Part shown: positions 1 through 8,529 of the stretch, one piece after another
Position numbering within the stretch: the first letter of the stretch is position 1
Layout: each line of letters starts with the position of its first letter
DNA from: a bacterium
GTDB taxonomy: Bacteria > UBA10199 > 2-02-FULL-44-16 > JAAZCA01
Assembly (NCBI GenBank): GCA_963674695.2
Contig: CAXXGI010000003.1
Location: 1 to 64,000 of the forward strand
DNA: 64,000 nt
Direction of reading: 5' to 3'
Notes under the pieces: generated by a model
Database searches by the model: none
Told to the model about the DNA's origin: nothing
The model's input: only the letters and a program-made list of their open reading frames with translations
Position numbers and translations under genes: made by a program

Positions 1-1238
1 CGGCGCGTTGCGGCTAAAAAGAGCAGTCGCGACGCATCTTCCTCCATGAGGTCTGTTTGATCGAGCGCACAGAAGCCATCGGCATAGCTTTTACACCTCA
101 GGACTGCTGCCAGCGTATCGGAGAAACGGTAGGGGGTCCCTTCGGTTTCAAATGCGTTTTCGAACCGAACATTCAGACGGTTTGGACCGAAATACTCGGT
201 TGGGTTGAATTCGTCGGGGCAGACGTCGGTGAACTGAAATACGTTCGCGCCAATTTTCCCGTTGATGCGATTGGGATTCAGGTTGGTGAGCGCGGTGCTC
301 TTTGACTGGGCTCCTGGGATCTGTCCGTAAATCTTCGTGCTCCTGCCTATGAAGAGGAAGTGATTACTGGAGGCGGTGATGTGATTGCGCATGATGACCA
401 GGTTCGATTTGCCATAGAGGCTGACCAGTGATCCCTGTGCGGAGGTTATATCGATCTCCATATCGCGCAGTTCAAATCGTGCGTCGTTGTGCACATTGAA
501 TGCAGGCAGAATGCAGATTTCATCGGTGACCTCCTCGCATTCTTTGGCCTGTACCTGAAGATGGGATTTGTAGGGTTCTTCGGTGCAATAGAGATCGGTG
601 AGGTCGGTATCCTCCGGATCGATCTCATAACAAGCCCCGTCAAATGGAGGGACGATCGTTCCCTTGTGATCCTCCCAGTGATGTTGTGTGCGGTCCGATT
701 CAGATGCAATCATATCGCGCATGAGATCTTGCGGGAAGATGCCGATGCCGTGTGCATAATTGACAGCGCCGCTATGGCAGGTTCCATTATCATTAGGATC
801 GCCAAGGCACGGTTCACTTTCGCCGTCGTCCCAGAGCACCTTCCATCCAAGGAGCAGGGTGTTGCGGGTGATGGTGATGGCTCGATCGAGCATCGCGGTG
901 CCGCTTTCGACTTCGGATGCGGTGATGCTGTGATCCGGCACGTTTTTTGGCTGGAAGAGGACGACATGGTCGCCATTGCTTCCGCCAACTCTGCAGATGC
1001 TCGATTTGCGGTTGATCTCATCGAGGATGAAGTCGAGGGTGCATGCGGTATAATAGTTTCTCAGCTTCGACGTTTCCCAAATGTTGGAATTGGTGACTAC
1101 CACACAGGGGTCATAATTGCCGCCATCTCCACTGAGATATTCTAGCTCACACTGATGATCAGCCCATGAAGGCATCGATATCATGTTCAGGAGGATGATG
1201 GCGGCGATGGTAAAGAAAATCTTGGCGCGACGGGTCAT
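1..1238 (-). CDS. Exported Cys-rich protein, paralogue of 1319-3832 (3' end runs off the window; absent from the ORF track)
   Basis: ATG at 1238 with AAGGAGG SD. Manual translation MTRRAKIFFTIAAIILLNMISMPSWADHQCELEYL... has a signal peptide and shares CELEY, PCVVVT, CTLDFI, LGWKVLWD, PCLGDPN, EEPYKS, YFGP and PYRFSDT with the neighbour. Confidence 0.85.
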   Translation of the reverse strand, partial: MTRRAKIFFTIAAIILLNMISMPSWADHQCELEYLSGDGGNYDPCVVVTNSNIWETSKLRNYYTACTLDFILDEINRKSSICRVGGSNGDHVVLFQPKNVPDHSITASEVESGTAMLDRAITITRNTLLLGWKVLWDDGESEPCLGDPNDNGTCHSGAVNYAHGIGIFPQDLMRDMIASESDRTQHHWEDHKGTIVPPFDGACYEIDPEDTDLTDLYCTEEPYKSHLQVQAKECEEVTDEICILPAFNVHNDARFELRDMEIDITSAQGSLVSLYGKSNLVIMRNHITASSNHFLFIGRSTKIYGQIPGAQSKSTALTNLNPNRINGKIGANVFQFTDVCPDEFNPTEYFGPNRLNVRFENAFETEGTPYRFSDTLAAVLRCKSYADGFCALDQTDLMEEDASRLLFLAATR

Positions 1239-1259
1239 GGGTCTTCCTCCTTCGTTTCT

Positions 1260-1289
1260 ATTATCGGTCGGGGAGGACCCTCGGGTTTT
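1260..1289 (-). promoter_or_regulatory. sigma28/FliA-type promoter candidate
   Basis: Minus strand AAAAC-N16-ACCGATAAT just upstream of the SD; same -10 and spacing as 4378 and 7674. Confidence 0.55.
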
Positions 1290-1318
1290 GTTGGGGAGGG
1301 GAAAAACGGTAACGCGGG

Positions 1319-3832
1319 TTACCGTCGCCGCTTGGTTCGCACCAGGGCTATGGGAAGAAGGGATATGCCGAAGAGAATGGCAGGCCAGGCCGTGGCATGG
1401 GCAGGGGTGAGCGAACATCCACCGCCGGTTGTACCCGTTGGCAAGGCATCATCGCTGCTGCTGAGGCCAATCTCGTCGACTTCCACATCGTCATCGCAGC
1501 GGCCCATCATGCGATCCATCGCGCTGCAGCCGGTATCGTCGTCGTCATCCCCGATGAGGTCATCATCGTCGTCGCCGATTTCTTTGATGGTATTATCATC
1601 ATCATCATCATCGTCATCATCGTCACCTGGATCCGGGATCGCGCGGCAATAGTGTCCCTCGCGGGTCTCATCCACATCGCACGGACGAAGGCAGAGTGGT
1701 TTGCCTTCCTCCCAGATCATATCCTGACTCGGATCGGGACAGATGCACTGCGTGGTATCGGCTGACAGGATGGTCGGTGCGGGGCAAATGGCATGTGTCG
1801 TTCCATTTGGCTCATCGGTAAAACCACGAACCATTTGGCATACTCCATCCTCATCGATGATCATGTGGCTGGGGCACTGCCGAAACGCGATCGCCTCTCC
1901 CATCGTCGTGTAGTAGCGCCGGTCAAGCTGCATCTGGGTCCGATCGCCGATAAGGGCAAAACCGCCGTTTCCGATGGCGAACGGTTGTGCCGACTGCATT
2001 TCTGCATCGATCAATCCGATGCGTGTTCGCAAGAAGGGGTCGGCCTGTGGGGTGTGCGTGCAGGTGATTCGGCAGGTCGTGTCGGTTGGGGCACAGGTCG
2101 CAGCATGAAAGGAACAGTAGATCGGGTCGGAGTGATCGCGTTCGATTTCGATCTCCTGCTTCCCCCACGTCTTCAGCGTGACGCTGCTGCCTCCGTCGCG
2201 GATGCGTTCGGCCGCTGTCTTTCCTGTGTTCGTCGTGACCTCATGGAGGGTGAGCCGATAGAGATCTCCCGCGCGTTCGATGGTTGTCACTTCCTCTTTG
2301 CCGTAGGCCAGCTGCGTCCAGAGCGTGATGCCACCTTTGCCGATGATCTCGACGACCGGTGTGTCGCAGGTGGCCAGCAGTTCTTCTTCATCGCGGTCGA
2401 GGATGCGGCAGTGGCCGTTTTCTGTGATGGGAGGTTCGAGGGGCATACTGATGCGTCGTCCGCTCTCTGTGAAGAGGATTTCGCTTAAGGGGTCGAGGGG
2501 AATTGTTACATGGCCGTCTTTGAGCGTTCCCTCGATGCCAACGATAGCTCCATCGCTATTCACACGGTAGAGTGGGAGTGTGATGGGTTCTTCGGCGGAG
2601 CCGGGGTCGGCAATGGCATAAACGATTGCCTCCGTGCGGTAGGCGCGTTCCTTGAGGAGCTTTGATCCATCAATGGTGCACTGGCCGTGAGCATACTGTT
2701 CGCATCGGATTGCTGTATGCGGCGTGTCGGAGAATCGATAGGGCGAGGCCGTTTCACCGAAGCTGTTATCGAAGCGGAGATTGAGGTGCTCCGGGCCGAA
2801 ATAGTCGACCGGGTTGAAGTCGACGGGGGCGGCGTCGGTGAACCAAAAGACATTCTTGCGAATTGTTCCTTTGATTCGGTTGGGGTACGCTCGTGTGAGC
2901 GCCTCGCTCTTCATGTCGATATTTGGAAGGTGTCCGAAAAACTGCGTGCTCCTGCCGTGGAAGAGGGAGATGCTATTGGAAACGGTGATCTGGTTGCGCA
3001 TGAGAATCAGGCGAGCAGTGCTGTAGGTATAGGCGAGTGATCCCCATTCAGATGTCATCGTGATCTCCATATCGCGCAGATCCAGTTGGGCATCGTTGTA
3101 GATATTGAATGTGGGACGCATACAGTTCGTATTGTCTTCCCCGCATCCCGGGTTGTGAATGTGGAGGCGGGATTTGTAGGGTTCTTCATCACAATGATTT
3201 GCGATAGCAGCGCTGTTTTCCGGATCGATGTCGAAACAGCTTCCGGAGAAGGGGGCAATGATCGTTGTCTGATGGTTATTCCAATCGTTATTGCCGCGTC
3301 CGCGTTCATCGAGCATGTACAGGAAGTTGAAACTGGTCGGAATGTCAAAAAAGATAGCATCTTTGGCGCAAGACCCGTCTTCGTTCGGATCGCCCAGACA
3401 GGGGTCGTCATCATCATTATCCCAGAGCACCTTCCATCCGAGGATTGACGTCTCTCGGAGAATATCTACGGCTTGATCCAGATAGGCCACGCCGCTCGTG
3501 ATTTCGGACGATCTGATGTTATGGGAGGGTGCGTTTCTGGGCTGAAAGAGAAGAGTATTCTTCATTCCGACCTTGCAGGTGCCTTCATCTTGACGGTTCG
3601 CATCGATGATGAAATCAAGGGTGCACTCATCATAATACTCTTTCCACCCCTGCTTGATCCACATGCTTGAATCGGTGACGACAACGCAGGGGGCCCAGTT
3701 TCCTTTATTTCCTGAGATGTAGCCTTTATCCAAATCAATGTATTCCAGCTCGCATTTGTGAATGGCCAGCGCGCGTGCGGGGATGATCGTGATGAAAAGG
3801 ATGATGGCGATGATGTATGGTTTGAAGCGCAT
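1319..3832 (-). CDS. Exported Cys-rich surface protein with poly-Asp linker and GGGC-TM-RRR (MYXO-CTERM/GC_trans_RRR-like) tail
   Basis: Start moved to MRFKPYIIAII (signal peptide, GGAGA SD); C-terminus GGGCSLTPAHATAWPAILFGISLLPIALVRTKRRR. Confidence 0.8.
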   Translation of the reverse strand: MRFKPYIIAIILFITIIPARALAIHKCELEYIDLDKGYISGNKGNWAPCVVVTDSSMWIKQGWKEYYDECTLDFIIDANRQDEGTCKVGMKNTLLFQPRNAPSHNIRSSEITSGVAYLDQAVDILRETSILGWKVLWDNDDDDPCLGDPNEDGSCAKDAIFFDIPTSFNFLYMLDERGRGNNDWNNHQTTIIAPFSGSCFDIDPENSAAIANHCDEEPYKSRLHIHNPGCGEDNTNCMRPTFNIYNDAQLDLRDMEITMTSEWGSLAYTYSTARLILMRNQITVSNSISLFHGRSTQFFGHLPNIDMKSEALTRAYPNRIKGTIRKNVFWFTDAAPVDFNPVDYFGPEHLNLRFDNSFGETASPYRFSDTPHTAIRCEQYAHGQCTIDGSKLLKERAYRTEAIVYAIADPGSAEEPITLPLYRVNSDGAIVGIEGTLKDGHVTIPLDPLSEILFTESGRRISMPLEPPITENGHCRILDRDEEELLATCDTPVVEIIGKGGITLWTQLAYGKEEVTTIERAGDLYRLTLHEVTTNTGKTAAERIRDGGSSVTLKTWGKQEIEIERDHSDPIYCSFHAATCAPTDTTCRITCTHTPQADPFLRTRIGLIDAEMQSAQPFAIGNGGFALIGDRTQMQLDRRYYTTMGEAIAFRQCPSHMIIDEDGVCQMVRGFTDEPNGTTHAICPAPTILSADTTQCICPDPSQDMIWEEGKPLCLRPCDVDETREGHYCRAIPDPGDDDDDDDDDDNTIKEIGDDDDDLIGDDDDDTGCSAMDRMMGRCDDDVEVDEIGLSSSDDALPTGTTGGGCSLTPAHATAWPAILFGISLLPIALVRTKRRR

Positions 3833-3972
3833 GCGCGGTCTCCGTTCGAATGCCCTCACTTCAGTATCGGCAGGCGCGGGGGGCGAAATTCTTCCGCAGC
3901 GGCACAAAACGGGAACACCGGTTACCATGGCCAGGGATTGCGCTGATGGGTGCGATCTGCTATTGATAGGCC

Positions 3973-4281
3973 ATGCCACAGAATCGACTGCGCCCAGCCC
4001 CAGCTCCCGCCGCAGGCCCTTATGGGCAGACCGGCTATCCCGAAGTGGAAAAACTGATCGAGACCGAGGACTTCGCGGAGGTCAACGCCGCCTTTGAGGG
4101 GGCCTATGCCGAGCTCGTGGATGTCTCCAAGCGTCGCCGGGGCCTGAAAACCCAGCGTGAGGCCAAGAAGGCCATGAAGGCCCTGGAGCTGACCATGGAC
4201 CTCTTTCGGGAGCTTCTGGCCATCAAGTACCGCCTGCAGGAGGAAATGGACAAACGGGCCAACGCCCAGGACGGACATTGA
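3973..4281 (+). CDS. Small helical hypothetical protein at the head of the T3SS locus
   Basis: 102-aa ORF, host-like codon use, followed by hairpin AGGCGCC-ATGAT-GGCGCCT and a T-run. Confidence 0.7.
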   Translation: MPQNRLRPAPAPAAGPYGQTGYPEVEKLIETEDFAEVNAAFEGAYAELVDVSKRRRGLKTQREAKKAMKALELTMDLFRELLAIKYRLQEEMDKRANAQDGH

Positions 4282-4377
4282 CGGCTATCATTAGAAGGGG
4301 ACTTACGTAGGCGCCATGATGGCGCCTTTTCTATTTTGCCGTTGTTCGCAGAAATTTTCACTTTTTTTCATGTTCAC

Positions 4378-4407
4378 GCAACTTTGGCGTCATGGTGGAC
4401 CGATAAT
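4378..4407 (+). promoter_or_regulatory. sigma28/FliA-type promoter
   Basis: GCAAC-N16-ACCGATAAT; -10 matches the GCCGATAA consensus; ACGCAACTTTGG also at 7672. Confidence 0.65.
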
Positions 4408-4427
4408 GTCAATGGAGGCACTACCCT

Positions 4428-4970
4428 ATGACGATCGAACACATTGATCCCAAAGCGATTCAACAGTCGAAGGGGACGAAGTTCAAGGCCATGGGCGGCA
4501 CTGACTTCAACGCCATTCTCGACACCATCAATGCCGGCGTGATGGGCCCGGCTGGGGTAGCGGTGCAGCAGCACGGAAGCCCCAACAGCCAAGCGGTCTT
4601 GGCCGCGGCCTTTTCGGGCATCAACGAAGTTGGTGCCGCGACTGGTGGCATGAGCGCCATGTCGGGAATGGGCGGCGGCGCCTACGGAACCTCGTATGGT
4701 GCAACCCCGTCCTTCGCGGCTGGCTACAGCGGTGGAACCAATTATAAGGCCTCCTCTCTGGGCAGCCTCGATCCGAACGCCAGCATGATGGGTGTGGATG
4801 GCGTCTCTCAGATGGATATGATCAATACGATGAACTCGAACAACCTCGAGCTCCTCGAATTGCAGGCGGTGATGCAGAGCAATATGCAGTCGTGGAACAC
4901 GAAATCGAACATTCTGTCGGCAGATCACCGCGCCCGCATGGCCATGATCGAGAAGTTCACGGTGAGATAA
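4428..4970 (+). CDS. Candidate T3SS needle/filament subunit (SctF-like C-terminus, Gly/Ser-rich N-terminal extension)
   Basis: C-terminal LLELQAVMQSNMQSWNTKSNILSADHRARMAMIEKF resembles needle C-termini; own promoter, GGAGG SD and terminator; sits before a TPR chaperone and sctJ. Confidence 0.55.
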   Translation: MTIEHIDPKAIQQSKGTKFKAMGGTDFNAILDTINAGVMGPAGVAVQQHGSPNSQAVLAAAFSGINEVGAATGGMSAMSGMGGGAYGTSYGATPSFAAGYSGGTNYKASSLGSLDPNASMMGVDGVSQMDMINTMNSNNLELLELQAVMQSNMQSWNTKSNILSADHRARMAMIEKFTVR

Positions 4971-4999
4971 GAGCGGCGGGATGAAATGGATGGAAATTC

Positions 5000-5039
5000 A
5001 GCCGCGGATTGCTATAATGCAATCCGCGGCTTTTCTTTT
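5000..5039 (+). terminator. Intrinsic terminator
   Basis: AGCCGCGGATTGC-TATAAT-GCAATCCGCGGCT followed by TTTCTTTT. Confidence 0.8.
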
Positions 5040-5076
5040 GGTCGCGACGGAAGCTCTTCGAATGGCGAAGAGCAAG

Positions 5077-5154
5077 GTCGCCTCCCGGGGAAATCATGTG
5101 CATCTTCACAGGTGAAGCTTGTTCCAGACGCACATGATTTCCCCTCGCGGCGAC
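5077..5154 (+). repeat. 77-78 bp hairpin repeat, copy a
   Basis: GTCGCCTCCCGGGGAAA...TTTCCCCTCGCGGCGAC; nearly identical to 16913-16990. Confidence 0.85.
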
Positions 5155-5171
5155 ACGATCTGCGGTTTTAC

Positions 5172-5220
5172 GAGTTACGAGTTACGAGTCACGAGTCACG
5201 AGTCACGAGTTACGAGTCAC
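5172..5220. repeat. Heptamer array GAGT(C/T)AC x7
   Basis: Directly visible tandem repeat ending just before ATG 5230. Confidence 0.95.
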
Positions 5221-5229
5221 GGGGGTCCA

Positions 5230-5661
5230 ATGATCGAGCTTTCCAAGCAGCACCTGGCCATCATGATGGAGGCGGGCTACGTCTACCTGGGCATGCGTCG
5301 GTTCAAGGAGTCCAGGGCCGTCTTCGAGGGCATTGCCGCCATCGCCCCCGGAAGTGAAATTCCACAGGTGGCGGTCGGCAATGTCGATTTTTGCGAGGGG
5401 AAGATCGCGCAGGCCATTCGGCGTTATACCAAAGCCCTCGCGATTGATCCGGCCAGCGTCTTTGCCAAGGTTTACTTGGGCGAGGCGCTCTATTTTTCCG
5501 GAAAGGTCGATGAAGCTACAGATTTGCTCAAAGGGGTGGCCAAGGGCGATCGCGGCGGTGCAGGTGAATTTGCACAGGTCCTGCTCGATGCCATCATTTC
5601 CGGCGCCGTTGCGCCTGCGGCAGGGGCGCACAGATCCGGAAAGGGAAAGAAATCATCATGA
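5230..5661 (+). CDS. TPR protein, T3SS chaperone-like
   Basis: Start moved to MIELSKQ (the upstream ORF extension is translated repeat); TPR-like helices; overlaps the sctJ start. Confidence 0.75.
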   Translation: MIELSKQHLAIMMEAGYVYLGMRRFKESRAVFEGIAAIAPGSEIPQVAVGNVDFCEGKIAQAIRRYTKALAIDPASVFAKVYLGEALYFSGKVDEATDLLKGVAKGDRGGAGEFAQVLLDAIISGAVAPAAGAHRSGKGKKSS

Positions 5662-6632
5662 ATCGTATCTCCATTGTTGTGATCGCTCTCTGTTTCGCCA
5701 TCTTCTGTGCCGGTTGTAGCGGCATCGAACTCTACCAGAATCTCTCCGAGGAGGATGCCAACGGGATCCTCGTGCTGCTTTCGGAAAATGGCATCAAGGC
5801 GAAAAAGAAGAAAGAGGTTCGCCAGAACGAAGTCACCTATATCATCGAGGTGCGCGATACGGAGATGGCGCGCGCGCGCCAGTTGCTCGTACAGCACAAC
5901 ATGCCGCGCAAGAAGGAGATGGGTCTTCCCGGTGTTTATAAAGATAAGGGGCTCATCCCCACGCCGGATGAACAGAAGGCGCGCTATCTCCTGGCGGTGA
6001 AGGGCGAGATCATCAACTCGCTTGAACGCATCCCGCAGATCATCGATGCCGATGTCGTGCTCAACGTGCCGGTGACGGATGAATTCGCCAGCGCCGATGA
6101 GAAACACCGGCTGCGTCCGACCGCTTCGGTGGTGTTGCGCATCAATCCGGATCCGACGGGCCAGATGGAGTTGACCGAGCCCAAGATCCAGCAGTTCGTC
6201 TCCAATGCGGTCGAGGGGATGAATCCGCGCGATGTGACGGTGATTCTCACCTATCTCCCCACGGGCAATCGGCTTCCACGATCGCGCGATGTGAAGAGCC
6301 TGCCGGCGCCATCGATGGATTTGCCTTCGGTGCCGCGTGAAGAGGGGGTGGAAAAGCCCGCTTCGATCACCGGGGGCCAGGAGCTCATCGGGCTCAAACT
6401 CGATGCCGAATCCAAGGGTCGGCTCAAGGTCTATCTGCTCGCTTTTTTCCTGATCCTCGTGGTGCTCTCGTTGGCGCTCATCGTCGTCATCGTTCAGGGC
6501 AGTCGCATGCGGCGAACGTTGGCCGCGTTGAAAGGCCCCGCTGGAAATCATCCCGCGCTCGAGGGGCAACTCCTCGATGAGGGTCCGCCGGAGCTGACGG
6601 ATGGGTATCCGGAGGATGACGAGGAGGAATAA
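5658..6632 (+). CDS. sctJ: T3SS inner-membrane ring lipoprotein SctJ (YscJ/PrgK family)
   Basis: Lipobox-like AGC, ELYQNLSEEDAN, GLIPTPDEQKARY, PTASV, VSNAVEG, C-terminal TM helix. Confidence 0.92.
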   Translation: MNRISIVVIALCFAIFCAGCSGIELYQNLSEEDANGILVLLSENGIKAKKKKEVRQNEVTYIIEVRDTEMARARQLLVQHNMPRKKEMGLPGVYKDKGLIPTPDEQKARYLLAVKGEIINSLERIPQIIDADVVLNVPVTDEFASADEKHRLRPTASVVLRINPDPTGQMELTEPKIQQFVSNAVEGMNPRDVTVILTYLPTGNRLPRSRDVKSLPAPSMDLPSVPREEGVEKPASITGGQELIGLKLDAESKGRLKVYLLAFFLILVVLSLALIVVIVQGSRMRRTLAALKGPAGNHPALEGQLLDEGPPELTDGYPEDDEEE

Positions 6633-6716
6633 GGGGTGACCTCTATCGCCCAATTGCTTTCCGATTTCTGATCGTGATGATGATGTTGATCCTGATGTTG
6701 ATTCCCGATTACCGGC

Positions 6717-7049
6717 TCACCTGAGCCGGTAGAGCATCCTGCTGATTCGATCAGCTCGCTCTTTGTTCTCCATAACACAACACGCCGGAATCAAGGAGAA
6801 GGCGGCAGCCAGGTCGATACAGGCCGACACCTCCGCAAGCGATGCCCTGGAGATCTGAAAGAAGCGCTTTCGTTCACCCTTGCCCAACCTCGCATTGCCC
6901 TCCGCCAAATTGAGCACGACCGAGGCCATGGCCCTTCTGAGCTGATCGACCAGATAGCCATAACCACGTGGCCATCCACAGACAAGCCCCCCGAGTTCCT
7001 TCGCCAATGTGATTGATTCCCGGTAACAGTCCAGTTTTTCATGTAACAT
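6717..7049 (-). CDS. Four helix bundle protein (IVP/Avd-like), type A
   Basis: MLHEKLDCYRE...DQLRRAMASVVLNLAEGN...RFFQISRASLAEV signature; GGGAGG SD. Confidence 0.9.
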   Translation of the reverse strand: MLHEKLDCYRESITLAKELGGLVCGWPRGYGYLVDQLRRAMASVVLNLAEGNARLGKGERKRFFQISRASLAEVSACIDLAAAFSLIPACCVMENKERADRISRMLYRLR

Positions 7050-7054
7050 TTTCT

Positions 7055-7132
7055 CCTCCCGTTGGTGGTTCATGATTTTTTTGCCCCCCAACCGGGTGAG
7101 GGGCAAAAAAATCATGAACCACCAACGGGAGG
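7055..7132. repeat. Perfect 33-bp inverted repeat with 12-nt loop between the divergent genes
   Basis: CCTCCCGTTGGTGGTTCATGATTTTTTTGCCCC / loop CCAACCGGGTGA / exact reverse complement; the arms contain both SDs. Confidence 0.95.
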
Positions 7133-7136
7133 CGTT

Positions 7137-7472
7137 ATGAATCATGAAAAACTGGACTGTTACCGGGAACTCATCATGGTTTCGAAGGAGCTCTGGGGGC
7201 TCATGAAGGGATGGCCGAGAGGCTCGGGCTATCTGGTCGATCAACTCAGAAGGGCCATATCGTCTGCTGTGCTCAACTTGGCGGAGGGCAACGGCAAGCG
7301 GGGGCAACCACGTGAACGAAAGCGCTTCTTTCAGATCTCGATGGGGTCAATCGCGGAGGTGGCAGCGGGCCTGGATCTGGCCGCCGCATTCTCCTTGATT
7401 CCGGCCAGGGTGCAGGAGGAGAACAAGGCGATACTGCGAGCGGCATACAACCGGATCAGGAGACTCTCCTGA
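7137..7472 (+). CDS. Four helix bundle protein (IVP/Avd-like), type B
   Basis: MNHEKLDCYRE...DQLRRAISSAVLNLAEGN...RFFQISMGSIAEV. Confidence 0.9.
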   Translation: MNHEKLDCYRELIMVSKELWGLMKGWPRGSGYLVDQLRRAISSAVLNLAEGNGKRGQPRERKRFFQISMGSIAEVAAGLDLAAAFSLIPARVQEENKAILRAAYNRIRRLS

Positions 7473-7673
7473 TCCGGTTCCGTTATCGGTGTATCCGTAT
7501 ATCCGATTCGGTCTCTCCCAATCGGTTATCGGTTTTCCGTTTTGATTCTATAATTTGCGTTTCACTCAGTGATGATATCACGTTGACATGACCTATTTGG
7601 TAGGTGCGTTGCAAAATGTTGATAATAAAGGGGAAAATAGATTGAAGGGTTCCTCTCTTTTTTCCCTCCTGAC

Positions 7674-7703
7674 GCAACTTTGGGGTCCCCCCCAACCGAT
7701 AAT
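7674..7703 (+). promoter_or_regulatory. sigma28/FliA-type promoter
   Basis: GCAAC-N16-ACCGATAAT, same architecture as 4378; IHF-consensus match CAAAATGTTGATA at 7612-7624. Confidence 0.65.
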
Positions 7704-7742
7704 ACAAACGTGGGAAGTGGTCCTTCTTTCGGGAGGCATTCA

Positions 7743-8168
7743 GTGGCACTCAATACGATTCAGCCGGACATGGTAAAATTCGAGATGCGCATGGTGCAGG
7801 GGGAGAATCCCCATGCCCGTGAGCAGAAAAAACCCGGTGCATTCGGGCGGTTTCTCTCCGGATTGGGGCGGGTACTGGGGTCGGTCGCCATGCCGTTGTC
7901 GTTCATCTTTCCGCCGGCAGCGATCGGTGCGGCCGGTATGTACGGCATTGGACAGATTGGCGACCAGGTCCAGACGCGCGCCTACGCGAACGCGGCGGAG
8001 AAGGCCCAGCGCCAGCAGGCCACAAACGTTGCCTTCCCGGGGTTACAGCTCGGAGGGGCCTCGGCCGTACGTCCGGCGGCCTTCGATATGACCGGACGGG
8101 ATCAATCGGTCATGGATGTGCTCAGTGCCAGGGGTGGGTCGATGTCGGAGATGTCGCAAAAAATATGA
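7743..8168 (+). CDS. Hypothetical T3SS substrate with amphipathic/hydrophobic segment
   Basis: GTG start after GGGAGG; FGRFLSGLGRVLGSVAMPLSFIFPPAAIGAAG segment; no Sec signal. Confidence 0.65.
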   Translation: MALNTIQPDMVKFEMRMVQGENPHAREQKKPGAFGRFLSGLGRVLGSVAMPLSFIFPPAAIGAAGMYGIGQIGDQVQTRAYANAAEKAQRQQATNVAFPGLQLGGASAVRPAAFDMTGRDQSVMDVLSARGGSMSEMSQKI

Positions 8169-8242
8169 AATATGAAAGATAAGAAATGAGAAAATAGGGA
8201 ATAATAGACTGCTGACAAAGGCATTTCGTACAATCGGAGTTT

Positions 8243-8311
8243 GTCATTCCCGCGAAAGCGGGAATCTCGCTTTTTACGGTACATCGAGATCCCCGCGTTC
8301 GCGGGGATGAC
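8243..8311. repeat. REP-like GTCATTCCCGC...GCGGG(A/G)ATGAC double hairpin
   Basis: Same family at 16365, 24984, 29323, 34664, 43420, 63518. Confidence 0.9.
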
Positions 8312-8338
8312 AAAGAACAAGGATTTGTCATCAACCTG

Positions 8339-8370
8339 AAACCGGCATCCGTTGGGGTGTCGGTTTTTTT
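8339..8370 (+). terminator. Probable intrinsic terminator
   Basis: AAACCGGCATCC-GTTG-GGGTGTCGGTTT plus T-run. Confidence 0.6.
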
Positions 8371-8473
8371 ATTGGGGGGAGTGCTCCCCGGAATGGATGG
8401 GGAGGCGAAAGGAGGGGGTTTAGATATGTCCAATAAATACAGTGAGATAGGAGGATTTCCGCTGAGCGCTCAC

Positions 8474-8490
8474 CTGGCATGTTTTCTGCA
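8474..8490 (+). promoter_or_regulatory. sigma54 -24/-12 promoter upstream of the fliA-like operon
   Basis: CTGGCATGTTTTCTGCA (GG-N10-GC), about 40 nt before ATG 8530. Confidence 0.7.
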
Positions 8491-8529
8491 TGAATAGAGG
8501 TCGAAGGGCATCTGTCAAAAGGGGGAGTA

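Larger units (their letters stand above)
6645..7550. mobile_element. Twin four-helix-bundle palindromic cassette, copy 1 (ends approximate)
   Basis: Genes and inner flanks match 18338-19410 and 56280-57298; outer termini are divergent. Confidence 0.6.

Noticed and set aside
5119-5229. N-terminal extensions MFQTH...VTSHES on the 5119 and 16955 ORFs
   Set aside because: Translations of the 77-bp hairpin and heptamer repeats; the downstream ATGs fit better.
6717-7472. Diversity-generating retroelement (Avd-like genes)
   Set aside because: No reverse transcriptase and no TR/VR pair with adenine-specific mismatches in the window.
6637-7594. TGACCT as target duplication of cassette copy 1
   Set aside because: Only 6 bp and not adjacent to termini shared with copies 2 and 3; could be chance.
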